The notes below the pieces were generated by a model that did no database searches, was not told the DNA's origin, and saw only the letters and a list, made by a program, of their open reading frames with translations. Positions 1 to 12,699 of a stretch of DNA of 64,000 nucleotides are shown here, in pieces. The stretch covers positions 1,302,001 through 1,366,000 of the forward strand of contig OZ374558.1 of NCBI GenBank assembly GCA_977862235.1. The letters are read 5' to 3'. The position numbers and the translations under genes were made by a program. Position 1 is the first letter of the stretch. Every line of letters begins with the position of its first letter. The DNA is from Dudresnaya verticillata (taxonomy: Eukaryota).

Positions 1-745
1 CGAACGCAGTGGAAGTCAAACTGGAAGTCGACACGGTGTAGCGCGTAAGTTGCCACTTCCTCCTTATCCCCGCTTTCGTTCAGCTTGGCCACGTAAACCA
101 TTCTTTTACTGTAGCGCTTGACCACGAACATTGCACCGTTAACAATTTACGGGTGTAGAACATTCCGTATTACCATTACCGGGACACCAAACTTCAGTTT
201 CAATTCATGCGGAGGTACCCCAGTGGGCATGTACCGTTAGGTCATCTCTGGAACGATGGTGGTCCCGACTGGGTTTTCATCTCTGTTACGGCCGCGGATT
301 GGAACGATACTTGTAGCGGAACGCAGTGAGAACGAACTGCCCGGGAAGCGGTCCGAGCACTCTGTGCTGTGCTTGTCGACCAGTGCATTTGTCGGGCACA
401 CAATCATACGGTTAAGTTCGACGTGTGCAGGGTTGTGTGTTACTGCCCACTTCCATACAATTTCGTACGAAGCTTGTATCTTCCCCGTCGAAGATGGTGG
501 AAGCTTGCTTGTTGTAGGAAACCTTCCAGTAGCGATTGACATGAGCAGCCGGCTGAATCTCTGATCTTCTGCCTGACGAACTTGTTGAGTAATGCGCAGC
601 AACTTCACAGCCTGCCAGAGGGAGGATGCCCAAGGTAGTTCGTCTAGTAAGGACACGTTGACGTATTCCTTGTTTCCATGCTCGTCTTCTTGAAGCCTCC
701 GCGACGGAACAACTGGCAACAGCTGAAGGTAGTCACCTGCTGTTT
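1..745 (-). pseudogene. PIF1-family helicase remnant, probably Helitron RepHel C-terminal part
   Basis: Minus frame reads AGDYLQLLPVVP (motif III-like), LRITQQVRQAEDQRFSRLLMSIATG, IVCPTNALVD, then past an in-frame TAA PTGVPPHELKLKFGVPVMVIRNV..NG. Two stops; runs off the window. Confidence 0.8.
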
Positions 746-779
746 CTCTTACTTTCTAGGGCACCTCCCTTCTTGGCCC

Positions 780-3700
780 TGTAGCATTTTACAGTCAAAC
801 TACTGGGCTATTCCTCAGCTCTACCGCTACCCGCAAGGCCCCCGAACAGACTGAGGTGCATCCCCACTTGTGCCATACGGGATTGCACCATATCGATCTG
901 TCCTTTGGTTTAAAAACTTCCTTCGACCATTCGGGCGTTCCATTCGGGAGGTTTTGGGGTACCGAATCCTGCCCTATATAGACGATTTTGCGCTCGTGCC
1001 GTACCCGCCAGGACGTGCAGCGACTCACAAAGACTATCAGGAAGCACGACGGTGTTTCGCGCGACTTTTCGAGAGGCTAGGGTATCACTCGGTATCCCAC
1101 AAAGGGTTTCTGGGTATGAACGCAACGGCTGTACCCTCTTTTAATGCATATAGACACCGTAGAGATGCGGGTGTTCGTAACAGCAGCGAAGATGGCCCTG
1201 GTGAGGCGTTTGGCCAAGAAATGTCTTCTTTTGGCCCAGCACAACCCTCGGCTGGTATCCCGGCGCTTGTTACAGCATTTCTGTAGCGTCTGCGGTTCAT
1301 TGTCGCTGGCATTGCCGTTATCCCGCTTCTATACTCGGTCTCTCTACCTCAATATGAGCCTTTCGGAAAATAACAGCACTAGCAATTGGAACCAAGGGTT
1401 GCGCATATGGCTGTCCCGACAATCACTACACGATCTTCGGTATTTTCGGGCTTTCACTCGTGGCGAAGGCCGCGACCTTGTCCCACCTCCTCCCCAGATG
1501 ACACTCCGCAGCGATGCATCCGATGTTGGGTATGGAGGGCTGCTGGGCTTTGATGCGAATCCTGGATCTCGGGGTTTGTGGGACGGTCGCGTTTTCTGGG
1601 CCGGGAACGGTCAATCGCAATCAGTTAATTTAAGAGAGCTGCGAACAGTTCGATTGTTACTGCAAAGACATTTTGCGGACTTCGAATTCGACCACAGTGT
1701 TCGGCATCTGTTACTACAGGAGTACAATTACGAGGTCGTCTGCATCTTGAACGCAATGATGTCAGCCTCGACCAATGATTACATAGCTACGGAAGCCATT
1801 AGTCCTGTTCCGCGCTCTGGGCGTGCGTACCGATGCCCGATGGATCCCGTCGGCTGTGAACAGGTTTGTCGATGCGCAGTCCAGCACATGGAACCTCGGG
1901 GACGTTCGTGCGACCAAGCTACTTGTGAGATCAGTACGGAAGGAGTACGAACTGAACCATGTGGTGTTTCAAAACAGACCTCTAGGAGAGCCTTTCGTAG
2001 GCCGCTCAAAGTATCTCTGAGTGAAGATGCAGGAAAGTTACAGGGACAGCAAGGCGCAGCTATGGAATCATCCGTTCGACTTTCTTCCTCTTGTGCTCCG
2101 GAAGATACGATCGGAGGGGGACAAAGGAGTCCTTTTGGCACTACACTGGCCTTGTAAGCCTTTCTCGAGCGCTTGAGCGCCATCAGTAAACGCATGCGGG
2201 TTGTAGAGCTGGGCGACCGCGTCGATAATCTATTCGAAAGCTACGGTCCCACCAACCCAAGCTGGAGAGTGTTATTAGCAAAGATGATGTACCTGCCAAA
2301 TGGCAGGACGTCATGTGGCGAACTGTTCTTACCCCTGCCGCAATTGGGGGTTCAATCGGTGCCGCTATCGCTGCCGCAGACCAATTGGCCTCATACTTGC
2401 GCGCTCCAAGTTTGTGGAGAAACTGTATTATTGAACGCCGGAAATGAATAACATTCTGGGATGAGGACGGACCACAGGCACTGCCAGCCACGGAAGGGGA
2501 TGTACTTGCCTATATTGGTTTTCTGTCATTCGAGCGTCGTGTTAGCGCAACTTCGGCTATGCACTAAGTTTACCCTATCTCTTTGTACCATCAAGACCAC
2601 GGGCTTCAGTCTCCGGCTCGCATGGATGGAGCAAAAAATGCTCTTCGCCTTCGATAGACGCGACGAGGGTCACGGTCCAGACTTGCTCCATCGCACGGGT
2701 TGTTCTACAGTGGCAATTCGGTCCATGTTGCACGACGGAATGCATACAAGGAAAACATGAGATATGAGTGCGACTCCGCACTATTTTCTAGCTCGCCGGT
2801 TTTTTCGGCCCGCTGGGTCTGTCCTGTTAAACTTGGGGACATCCCCGCTCTCGCGGATGCAGATCTGCGATCTGCTGTTCTTACCGCTTCTAGACTCGTT
2901 GGAATAGAAGTGACACCCGGGCACTATTTCGCTTCTCATAGTTCCCACATCGGTGGATTTCATGAGAGTGGCATAGATTTAATACCAGCTGTGCTACGTA
3001 TGCGCTTCTGTAAGGCAAACTGTGCCACGTGTGCCACGCGGTGCGCACGCTGTCAGCCAGAGGGGTCGAAGCCCCGCTGAAGCTGTAAGGAAGTGCGCTG
3101 TGGCGCCCACGCATACGCGTGTACGCGTGTGACACCGACAGTACCGTGCAATTTCTACGTTTAATTTTTGCGTGTGGTGTAGACTAACTTAAGCGGCAGT
3201 CGAACGCCTTGCTGTCCCGCCCACCGTGCCGAACCTGGCGTACGCGCACTTCGGAATCGAGCCGTTGAGTGCGCTGCGGATCGTTACGCCCGCGCGTGCC
3301 CCCGGGTAGCAGTTACCCGTACGTATCAACACGTGTCCGGGAACGCCGGTGCACCTCTGCGTTGGTGCCGCCGCGTCCTGTAGCTAGCCTATTTAATGAC
3401 AGTCTCCAGGCTTCGCTAAGAAAAGACAAGAAGCACCGGCCTACGCTGGTTCTTGACGCTTTCTATTCGGGTTCTTTCCCAGTTTCCTACTCCCTACGGA
3501 TTCCCTTTCCTTTGGCCATCTAGGCTCTTTCCTTTTTCTGACCGTCGGCTTCGTACCGCCCCCGACGGGGATCTCGGGATCCGGCCGCTACCGCCCGTGT
3601 ACGGTACGCCCGGCCGAAACCACCGCTCTACCACACCTAGCACCTACCATTATTCTACAGGTGTGAGTGCGAGTGACCGACCAGTCCAGCTAGATGTCAG

Positions 3701-4281
3701 TTCGATCTGACGTCTATACCAAAAGGCGCTTGTCAACGTCCAGTTCCCAAAGCCGTGGATCATGCACAGAATGGATTGGCCCACCGAAGGTATGTTTGAG
3801 GTTTACTAGGATGGGAATATCGTACTATCCGCTAACTCGAGGTGGTTCTTTATCTATCTCGAGCGGCCAGATGCATCACAAGTATTTGCTCTCCGGATTT
3901 TCTTCCGCCTTCGGGTTTGTTTACACCTTGTGTACACCCCTTGAAGAGGTCTATCGGGGAGGAACAAGTCGTTACCTCTTTTGGTGACATGCTGAGCGTC
4001 CCAATTTGGGTCTCTTATTGGCGCCCGAACCAACGACGCGGGTGGCTTCTGCGACTGCGGCTGAGTCTCGGACAGTACTTAGCCATATTCTTGGACGTGC
4101 GTCAGGTAGACTCCGGCATGTCTATTTCTTTTTGCCCACCCGCCCTCCCTCGTCTTCGCTCTTGCTCCTCCTCTCCCGTTTGTTTTCTTTTCTTCCCTTA
4201 TTTTCAGAGCTTCAAAGTAATTCTGAAGTGTTATTAGGCTTAGTCGTAGCTCTGTTCCCTACAAACAGGTAGACATTCTTC
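780..4281 (+). mobile_element. YR retrotransposon copy 1 (DIRS/PAT-like), 5'-truncated and degenerate
   Basis: RT LGYRILPYIDDF; RNase H SDASDVGYGG and NLRELRTV; RWIPSAVNRFVD; YR pieces ASHSSHIGGFHE (~2930-2966) and, after a solo LTR, WIMHRMDWPTEGMFEVY*DG (~3750-3810); CCCACCC motif at 4135. Right end approximate. Confidence 0.8.
2967..3723 (+). mobile_element. Degenerate solo LTR (family of 7582-8418) inserted in the YR gene of copy 1
   Basis: Colinear with 7582-8418; ends AGTGGCATAG...CTATACCAAA; TSD degraded (ATGAG vs AGGCG); YR sequence resumes after it. Confidence 0.75.
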
Positions 4282-4309
4282 GCTTGAGTAAATTGATGCA
4301 CAACTCCTC

Positions 4310-6920
4310 AAGGAAGCGGACTAATCTGAGAAACGCACGAAAGCCTTATTGGACCGTTTGTCGGCTTCCTTGAAAATGGAGCTACGCAGCACTGCCTTTA
4401 GCTTTCTGAAAGGGGGCGGAGCGGGAGGGAACAAGTTCAGGTATCATGAGGTTGTACTTTCTGATGCGTTGCCTTAAAAAGTCCCCCGGGGTATCTGAAT
4501 CATCTAGGATTACACACTTCCTGGTCAAGCGAAATTAAAACGGACAATTTTCTCGTTGCGCACGGATACATGTGTAGAAACACGGGTTTATTTCCTTTTG
4601 TTCGCAGCATCAATAGAATACCAATTTGACCGCTTCAGATTCGTATCCAGGCCGAAGCTAGTGCGGATGAATTCGATTTCTCTGCGCACTTCTGCGCCTG
4701 GATTTCCCAGCTCTATGAAGCTTTGCAAATATATTATCAGGTCTTCCGTAGGGGTTAACAACGGCTTGAAGTTAATAGTTACATCAGGGTTCAAGGCAGA
4801 CCTCGATAGAAGGGTAAACGCAGTCGGGGACTGGGGTGGTTGTGGGGCTAGCCGATCCAAGAATATACCGTTCTTACACACTGCTGAGTTCGATAGATCC
4901 ATCTGATTGTCTCGAGACAGTGCTCGAGCCCTGATATCCAAGTCAAAGTGGGCGACTGTATTCCTTAGAGAGAAGTAGACTGGCTCTAATACCCCAGACG
5001 ACGAGCGGGGCGCAATTGGCCTGGTGCAAAACGTTTTTGACGGTCGGCACGTTCGGGTAGTTCGGGACCCGACAGGTAGCGTCTGGATATGGTAGTGGTA
5101 GATCTGAGGCAATGCCTTACGCCGACTTTAAACGCCCTAGGGGGAAAACGAAAATGAAATAACCAAGAAAGAAACATTTCAACGATGGAGGTGGACGTGG
5201 AAGCACGTTAGGTCAGGCACTTGGCCCTCGAGCAGTGCACGCGCTTACGTGGGACGGGTAGTCCGAACCAAGGCCGGCTGGCTGAGGGTTTTCTGAGTCG
5301 GCCTCAACGGGTTATCTAAGTATTACTCCAACTTATAGGGCGAAGGCGTCCGTGTCGCGGCTGCGGGAATCCAGGACACATGTCATCCTGGGTCGCGTCA
5401 GACAGATTTGCCCGCCGCTTCATGTGCACGCACGCGTGCCAGCTTACACTACCTTCCTGGTGGACACAGCTGGCTTACACCATGCACCAGTACCTTGGTC
5501 CCTTCGTAGGTCCAGCACGGCCCGGATGACCTTTACGGCACGCGTATTGCCGTGGCATGCAGCGCGGTCACCCAAAACAGTGTATGCTTCCGCTTAAGTA
5601 CTTAATCAAACCGGCAACGCTGCCACGATGCGAATATTGCGGAAAGGTGGAAGCGAAGCGGGTTCGCGGCCAGAGCTCGGCCACAAACGCCAAGGCCGGT
5701 GAGATACGTCTAAGACGGAATGATTTAGTCGAGAACGGTACTGAACGCCAGTGGCGTACGGAAAGTTGCACCATAATGAACAGACGAATGATATGGTAAC
5801 GTCTGAAGCTGTTCAAATCACCCCACAAATCTACAAGGCCAGGCGCCCTTGGTGCGGGTATCCTTGTAGGCCCAGGTGCTCCCAAGCTTTGGGCGACTTG
5901 TAGAAGCCGTGAATCCTTTTCCCATAAGCATTTTTCCTATTTCCAGGCCCCGCAGGGTGATTCCGCTCGTTGCGAATATTAAAGGAACTTGCCCAGCCGT
6001 CCCAACCTTCCCCATCGTTTTCCTGGTCGCATAGAAAAGATACTACGCACTTTTTACCGCTCTGTGAAGTCTCTTTGCAAAGGCAGCGGGAAAGAGCCTT
6101 CCAATCATGCATATTGTCCTTGAATGATCGCAAGTACGTGTTGAAGAAGAACAACCCATCACGTGCAAATTGCGCTGCGAAATCTGCTCAATTACACGTT
6201 CGTCCAAATAGATGGAACTTCCTTTTCCTCTCGACGCTCTGCCGTGCTGGGCTGTCAACCCGCGGTTCGAGCCGATTAGAGGCATGCACCTGCCGACACG
6301 CTGCATGTTCAGGACTGTGCTTAATGTTTGAGGGTTTGTCGTAAATACTCATGGCGAACAGAATATTCTGTGTCGGTCGTGGACCGAGCTGCAGCTGTAG
6401 AGGTTGAGCATTTTCCATAACTATTGCTGACTGAATGGAACTAGACAGGCCATGTATTCCACGAATTGCGAAATAGAGCTGAATGGGCGAGGGATATGCA
6501 TTGGGAAAATTTCAGGGTTGGATTTCTCAAGACAGGGAGGGGCTCCTTGCCGCACTCCACATGGGTGCGATTAATTGGGCAGCTTAGCCGGGCGTTCGTG
6601 CTGCAGTCCGAGAGCTTGTGCAATGTTTCTTATCCATCGTCTTCATCGTCCATAATAAGTTGCACTTTCGGCAGTAATATCAGCTTCGATTCGAAACTGA
6701 GCGTTAGATCTCAAAATGAAAAAACGATGCTGGAATTTCATGCCCCAGGCTGTTGAGAGGGGAGGACACTGTCATGGTGCGTTGTTGTGTCGAGGTTGCA
6801 TGTCTCGCACTGTCTGTGCCGATGGCGGAACATCTTGATTGGCTGGCAGCGCAGGTCGCACCTGTTTGGCCATTTCTATGGAGGAGATGCCCATCACCTA
6901 ATTGAAGTCCTTCGCAAGCT
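4310..6920 (-). mobile_element. MULE copy 1: 5' part of the transposase region
   Basis: Colinear with 36840-38705 (shared GGAAGCGGACTA..AGAAACGCACGAAAGCCTTATT and AATTGAAGTCCTTCGC), which lies directly upstream of a MULE transposase domain. Confidence 0.7.
5022..5773. mobile_element. Solo-LTR-like insertion in MULE copy 1
   Basis: Absent from the homologous position in copy 2 (~37540); bounded by TGGTGCAA...TTGCACCA; no TSD found. Confidence 0.5.
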
Positions 6921-7174
6921 CCGAAGGTAGCTGAGCGGGGAACAGGCTGGACTGTCGAGACGTGTCGACCACCTCTTCACTGCTCGTCTGAGCAGTACGT
7001 GATACCATTAATTTCTACTCTTGCAAAAATATGGACGCACTCACTTGGAGAAAGAACGACTTCTACAGCCATTTACACATCGACGTGATGTGATTTGGAA
7101 GCTCCTTTCCGACATTACAGCCCTGTATTCTCACTACTTCCGACACTTGTGGTTTAGCTACTGCCTTAAGCACG

Positions 7175-8821
7175 TTAAATACAGAATGAAACATGCATCT
7201 CAAAGCTTGCTGGTAAGCTTCGCACTGTAGTACGGGCAATGTGATATCTGAGAAATACCTGAAAATTGGCCCGACTTGTAGGTTTGGCTAGTGAGCAACA
7301 TACTGCCACCATATGGAAACCACAGCCATACTCATACTCTTGCTTTGCGTATACCAACTGGTCTCTATGAGTGAGCCAGTTCTGATGGGAACAAGTATAT
7401 GTCGTCCTAGGGAATGACGATTTCAGCAGAGGGATTAGAAAACGTTTATGAGACGCTTTCGCTCTCCAGAACGCGTAAGATACCCTTAACCATCCCCCAT
7501 ATCCATTCAGCACTAGTCGTAGATTGATGGATCGAATCACTCGCTCTCTGGGACATGAAGAATGTACGGACATATGCAATTTGTGGCATAGCTGTAAGAC
7601 CAGCTGTGCCACGCACGCGCAGCTGTAAGACCAGCTGCGCCACGTGTGCACTGCTGTGCGCACGCTGTCAGCCGGTGGCGCCGAAGCCCCGCTGAACTGT
7701 AAGGGAGTGCGCAGTGGCGCCCACGTGTGCACGCGTTCGCGTGTGACACTGAAACTCCCATGTAATTTCTACGTCTATTGTTGTGTAAGTGTACAGCACC
7801 GTCTAGTGTAAGCAGCGGTCGAACGCCCTGCTGTCCTGCGCGCTGTGCGCACGCACTCCGGCGCAGAGCCGTTGAGGGCGTGACACGCGCGCGCGCACTC
7901 CGGCCTCGAGCCGTTGAGTACGTGTGGACCGTTCCGCCTACGCGCGCCCCCGGGTTACCGTTACCCGTACGCGTCGACGCGTGTTGGGGCGCGCCGGCGC
8001 ACCTCCCGGGTTGGTGCCGCCGCAGGCCCTGTAGTATATCTAGTAGTCGCCCCTCTGGGCTTCAGTAAACAAGGCAAGCCAACCTACGCCAGGCTTGCCC
8101 TTTCTGCTTTGGGTTTCTTTCCCAGTCCTTCGCCCTACGGCTTCCCTCTTTCCCTAGCCGTCTAGGCTTTCCTTTTCCTTTCCCTACCGTCGGCTTCGTG
8201 CCGCCCCACGACGGGGACGCAGGGATCCGGCCGCTGCCGCCCGCGTACGGTACGCCCCGTGCGCGCTCAGGCTTCGACGCCGTTGATCCGCGACCGTCGA
8301 CAGCGCGCGCGGCCGACACCACCGCTCTACCACCACAGCTACCACCCTTCAACGGGTCTGGGTGCGACTGATCGACCAGCGCAGCTAGACGTCAGTTCGA
8401 CCTGACGTCTATGCCACACAATTCCCCAGTTCGAACAGTCATATGTTGGAATCATGATATGTGACAGTCGTTGGTCAATATGTCGAACCAGATCTCTCAG
8501 AATGTCTGACAGGGTGCCGTGAAGTGCACTAGACGTATTGTTCGCCAGTATCTGAGCACGAAGCGTAACTGAAAATGACTGTATCGGGACAGCAAGGGAG
8601 GAATTGAAAGTGAGTTGAAACAGTGCCACTTCTACCAGAAATGTGCTTTGAATGTTTGTGTCGTACAGCAAGCTAAACAAGTGTGTAGAGTCCAATGGTA
8701 GACCCTTCAGCTTGATTGCATCGTAGTATGCAGTGAACAAACCCCTTTTACCGATCTTTCGAACACACATGGCGTCGGCTGCGCGCTCAAGGGTGGTGAT
8801 TCGCAGCTGGTTTCCCAACAT
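7175..8821 (-). pseudogene. Ulp1/C48-like cysteine protease remnant, split by a solo LTR
   Basis: Removing 7582-8418 and one TSD gives HIMIPTYDCSNWGIAYVRTFFMSQRASDSI, and after a frameshift KQEYEYGCGFHMV. This matches Ulp1 IPxxxxxHW / D / QxxxxxCG, with the catalytic His read as Asn. Confidence 0.55.
7582..8418 (+). mobile_element. Solo LTR, 837 bp, TSD CAATT
   Basis: Termini TGTGGCATAG...CTATGCCACA (perfect 10-bp inverted ends); CAATT at 7577-7581 and 8419-8423. Confidence 0.92.
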
Positions 8822-8951
8822 CCATGGCTAGCTGGCCATCACAGTGTATGCAGTGTAGAACCGCAGAATGAGAAGGGGTGAGGATCGTGATGGGGCAGTG
8901 CGTAGGGTTTAGGTGGGGGTAAGGGGTGATCGATAGGCTGGGGTCATTCGA

Positions 8952-9677
8952 TGTGGTGAGCCACCACCAAGCTGGAGATGGCGGGAATTTTTGAAATGGT
9001 GCGTTACGCTTCCGTACGGAAGTAACACTTCCGTACGGAAGCTGTGTTGTGGAGCATTCCCAATCCACCGAGCAGGTCCCCATAGAGGGAAAATCAGGCC
9101 CTGATCATAAGGCCAATGGTGAAGTCCGGGCGCGGTGCCGGACACCACCCTGCAAGGGATCGGGTAGAAGGGACCTGAACGGAGAAGGAAAGGAAAGAAA
9201 AGGGAGGAAAGCTAAACAGTGCAGATAGGTTGGCGGCAGCGTACCTAGGTCTCGGTAGAACCGGTAAAAGGGTGTCGATCTGTGTACACGGAGGTCCATC
9301 AGCAGATTGGCGAACGGGAACTCGGTCGGTACCGATGTCCCAGGCGTGAGCCTACTTGCGTTCTGCCCGACTCCAAGCTTTGCACCGAAGTGTTAGTCCA
9401 GAAGGTCGATAGCCCTCATTTCACCAGATGCGCAGAATTAATAGGTGGATAAGTAATTCCCCGCCAACGCGCCAGCACCAGCGCGCGCGCTTACACTACT
9501 GTGGGCTATCAGTACAAAGCTAAATCTAGACCTAAACAAGTGAGCTGAATGGGCCTGGTCGCGCTTACTGTGGACTGTGCGGTCAGTCAGTCGGCAGCGC
9601 TGCGCCTGTAAAGCGTGGCTGTAAGGCGGGGATCCGAAATTGGATCAAGCGAGCGGGGCAGATGCCAGTGCACTACA
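8952..9677 (-). repeat. LTR-like remnant, boundaries uncertain
   Basis: Begins TGTGGTGAG like the Gypsy LTR family; purine-rich tract at 9180-9210; contains a doubled 14-bp palindrome; no TSD found. Confidence 0.35.
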
Positions 9678-9739
9678 GAAAGACCGTAACGGTCTCTAAG
9701 ACAGTCTGTCTGGTGTGGGCTGAGGAACGAGGCAGTTTT

Positions 9740-9930
9740 CACACGGGAGGCTACGAGTGTGCCAAGTACGCAGGAGGTGGAGACCATTTGCGATAACGAC
9801 GTAGTATAGGTGGACGGGGAGGTGGCGTCTGATGCGCCGTTGTGCCAGCGGAATGGGTGGAGACCGAAAGTCTAGGCCAATCAGAGAGCAGAATTTCTCA
9901 CCCTTTCATCTAGGGTTTAGCGGGACTTCC
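9740..9930 (-). repeat. Inverted copy of 22186-22380, probable MULE terminal inverted repeat
   Basis: GCGGAATGGGTGGAGACCGAAA.TCTAGGCCAATCAGAGAGCAG is the near-exact reverse complement of 22227-22270; similarity extends ~190 bp. Confidence 0.7.
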
Positions 9931-10399
9931 TTCCTTTTAATTACAGTAAATAGCCGTTCAAAGTACCGTTACCGATGATATTTCTGACAGTAAACTGAAA
10001 TACGGATAAATCGGGTTAATATTTGTATCTCTGAGAAAAATACGATCCGGTCGCGAACAGGCAGTGCGCGGCAGCTCACCGTGGGCGTCAGGTTCTTGAC
10101 CGTCCTGCAAAAGAAGAAGATTTGTGATTTCTGAAGCAGACTAAAATTATCAGCCTCCTGGATATTGTGGATCTGTTTTTAGAATCTGGTGTCCATGGGG
10201 TTGCGCGGAATCAATCACGCTGAAAACTGGCCGAACGCTTGCTCTGAACGTATTTTACATGTGCCAAATATGGCTCGTCTGAGTTGTGATACCGCGGAGA
10301 TATGGGAGCCAACGCGCTTTGGTCAGTATCCCTCAAAACAGCCCCGGTGCGGGCATTACTGGATCACGGCACATTTTGTTTTGTTCTATTTTCCTTAAT

Positions 10400-11340
10400 T
10401 TCGGACGATACCACCCAGTTATCCACGCGCGTAGTGCTTCCTTAGGGAGCGCGGAAATTCTCGAGTCGCCTTCAACGCCCGCCGCCACTTTTTTCGAGTT
10501 ACTTGCTTTGTTATGCACTCTTCGGGCTCTCGGTCTTTCTCAAGACGTTGTGCCTCCTTCTAATAAGCCTTTTAACCTTAATCTGCTCTCATTCATCTCG
10601 TTTTCACTCCGTTTCCACCACACTTTACTGTCGCCGAGATTCAGCTGCAGTTTTTGCCTCCTCGCGCTGATTCATGGCACTCAGGACATCATGTCTCGCT
10701 AGAAGGCATCCTCTTTTTGTATTGACCGTTCAAGTATCTACTACGGGTCCATTAGAGCGAAACAGAGTTGCACTATCCCGATAGCTTTTGTAGAGGTCTG
10801 AGTAGCCTTTGAATGCATCACACCGAGACGCATACCCGGAGCAGTTTGTTAGATCCGACTGCCGGATAACTTCCGGGACTACACCGCCTCTATTCTGACA
10901 CCGAACCCCACAGGATTTGAAACCACTTGCAATGTTATTGTAGTTGAAAACGTTTTGTAAGAATGTGTAATCATATCACATATTGTGTAAACTTCCTTCC
11001 GTTTTGTTTCCATCGGCAGCATGATTCGTTTGTTCATGCGGTTGCGAACATAAATTTTGAACGGTGAGAAGCAAATGCAGTCCAAAACCTGAGCGCGATA
11101 GTTGGTGTGAGCAGGAGGACCGATCACAGTTATGCTGTTGTCGTCTAAGTGTTTCAGACCAGCGTGCGAGCTGTGAGTGCCATAAAAATCCGTTGTCAAC
11201 ACCAGAAGTTTGTGTTTCTTACCAAGAAAGGAGACCTCGTCAACGAAAGATTTACACCAGCCCACAAATACTTCTGTACCCAATCCTGCTGTATCCCGGT
11301 AAGCGATTACCGCATTAAGCGGAAGAATTCCGCGAGTGTC
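10400..11340 (-). pseudogene. pogo/Tigger-like (DDE_1) transposase remnant
   Basis: FVGWCKSFVD..LLVLTTDFYGTH..ITVIGPPAHTNYRAQVLD..FSPFK matches DDE_1 LLxxDxHxSH / LPPHTSHxxQPLD..FxPxK. Confidence 0.75.
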
Positions 11341-12699
11341 TCAACTGAACTGTAAGGAAGTACGTTTCGGGTCTCTTGTGTACTCAAAGAGTGCACTCAA
11401 TGAGACAGCCACAGAGCTGGTGTCTGGTAGTGGTGGTAGATCGGGAGGAATCCAGAGGGTGGACGAATGGTTGTAAATGAAATGGGACCACGATACTGAA
11501 GGTAGTTGACTGGGCGGGCGGTTAACCGGACACGAGTGACGGGCGTGCGGGGGTGCCGATGGCTTGTAGACGTAGTTGTGTAAAAGGATGAATACCTTTA
11601 CTGTACAGTGACCGCTCCGGGAGATACAATTATATGGTACTCAGAGGGTGAGATAGAACCAGTCAAACTGGGCTATGTACACGCCCCCTATCCTAAGCTA
11701 TAGTTTCGAAATTAAATAGACAAATACTAAGCTACTGGCCTACAGGGTAACACTTCAACCAATCATAAGCAGCCAGTTTTGTCCCTTCTTGCGACTCGTA
11801 AGTAACGCTATTTCAGCGCATACACGTGGGTAGAGTGCGCACTTCTGTAAGCCCTTCACTGTATTATATGAACTCTCCGGCCGCTTTCGCCATTTTGAGC
11901 GCTTGCCAAGAAGAATAACAATAGGTTTCTAGGCCACACCATCTGCGAACACTAATGGCATTTTGGTCACATGGTCTGCTATTGGTAGACCATGTGATGA
12001 AGTGAGCCGCGACGCATTGTGGACGGAGTGCCGACGACGAGCAAACCGTAACGGATGATCTGGCGCCAACGCGCCAGTGCCGCTACCGATGGGCTTGACG
12101 CTGGCGTGGCGCCACGATCGGGACCTGGCAACGTGTACCCGTATCGGTGTTGTGCGCATTGCTGTGTGCCGCTGTGCAGTGCTGTGCAGCAGTGAGACGC
12201 ACTAACCATAACGGAGTATTTTTAGTTTTTGTTTCTAAAATTTAGTAGGTCTGTGTACAGTTGTGAAATGCAGAACGAAGCACGTCCTTGGAAATATTTA
12301 AGCGAAGCAAATTCATGAGCACGAGAATCGCAACGAAACAAATCTCTGGAATACAAATATTTAAGCCAAGCAAATGCAGGAGCACGAGAATCCTAGTGCT
12401 AAACGAGGCACTCCCGAGTACAGTATCGAAGAAGAGCTCAAGCCCTTTCGCCTATCCGAAATACGCAAGTGCTATCGCAAAACGCATACTAGCTCAGTTC
12501 TCAAGGCCTGCTCATGCAAGTCGAGCCAAACGCAGGAATGTCACAGGAGCGTTCCGCAACAAGAGAGCAGGAGAGGTAGAGCAGTACTTAAGGATGTCCC
12601 GCATAGCTAGTTCGATAAAGAAAAGGGGCAAGCAGGAACCGAAGACGTTCCTCCGGCAAACGTGCCGAATCACCTAGCCATCTAATCCGCCCCTCGTCT

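Noticed and set aside
8386..8418. Helitron 3' hairpin terminus
   Set aside because: The element has TG..CA ends and a 5-bp TSD, so it is an LTR.
9942..11860. pogo TIR pair starting TA|CAGTAAATAG, and a solo LTR at 11351-11744
   Set aside because: No convincing partner TIR and no matching TSD.
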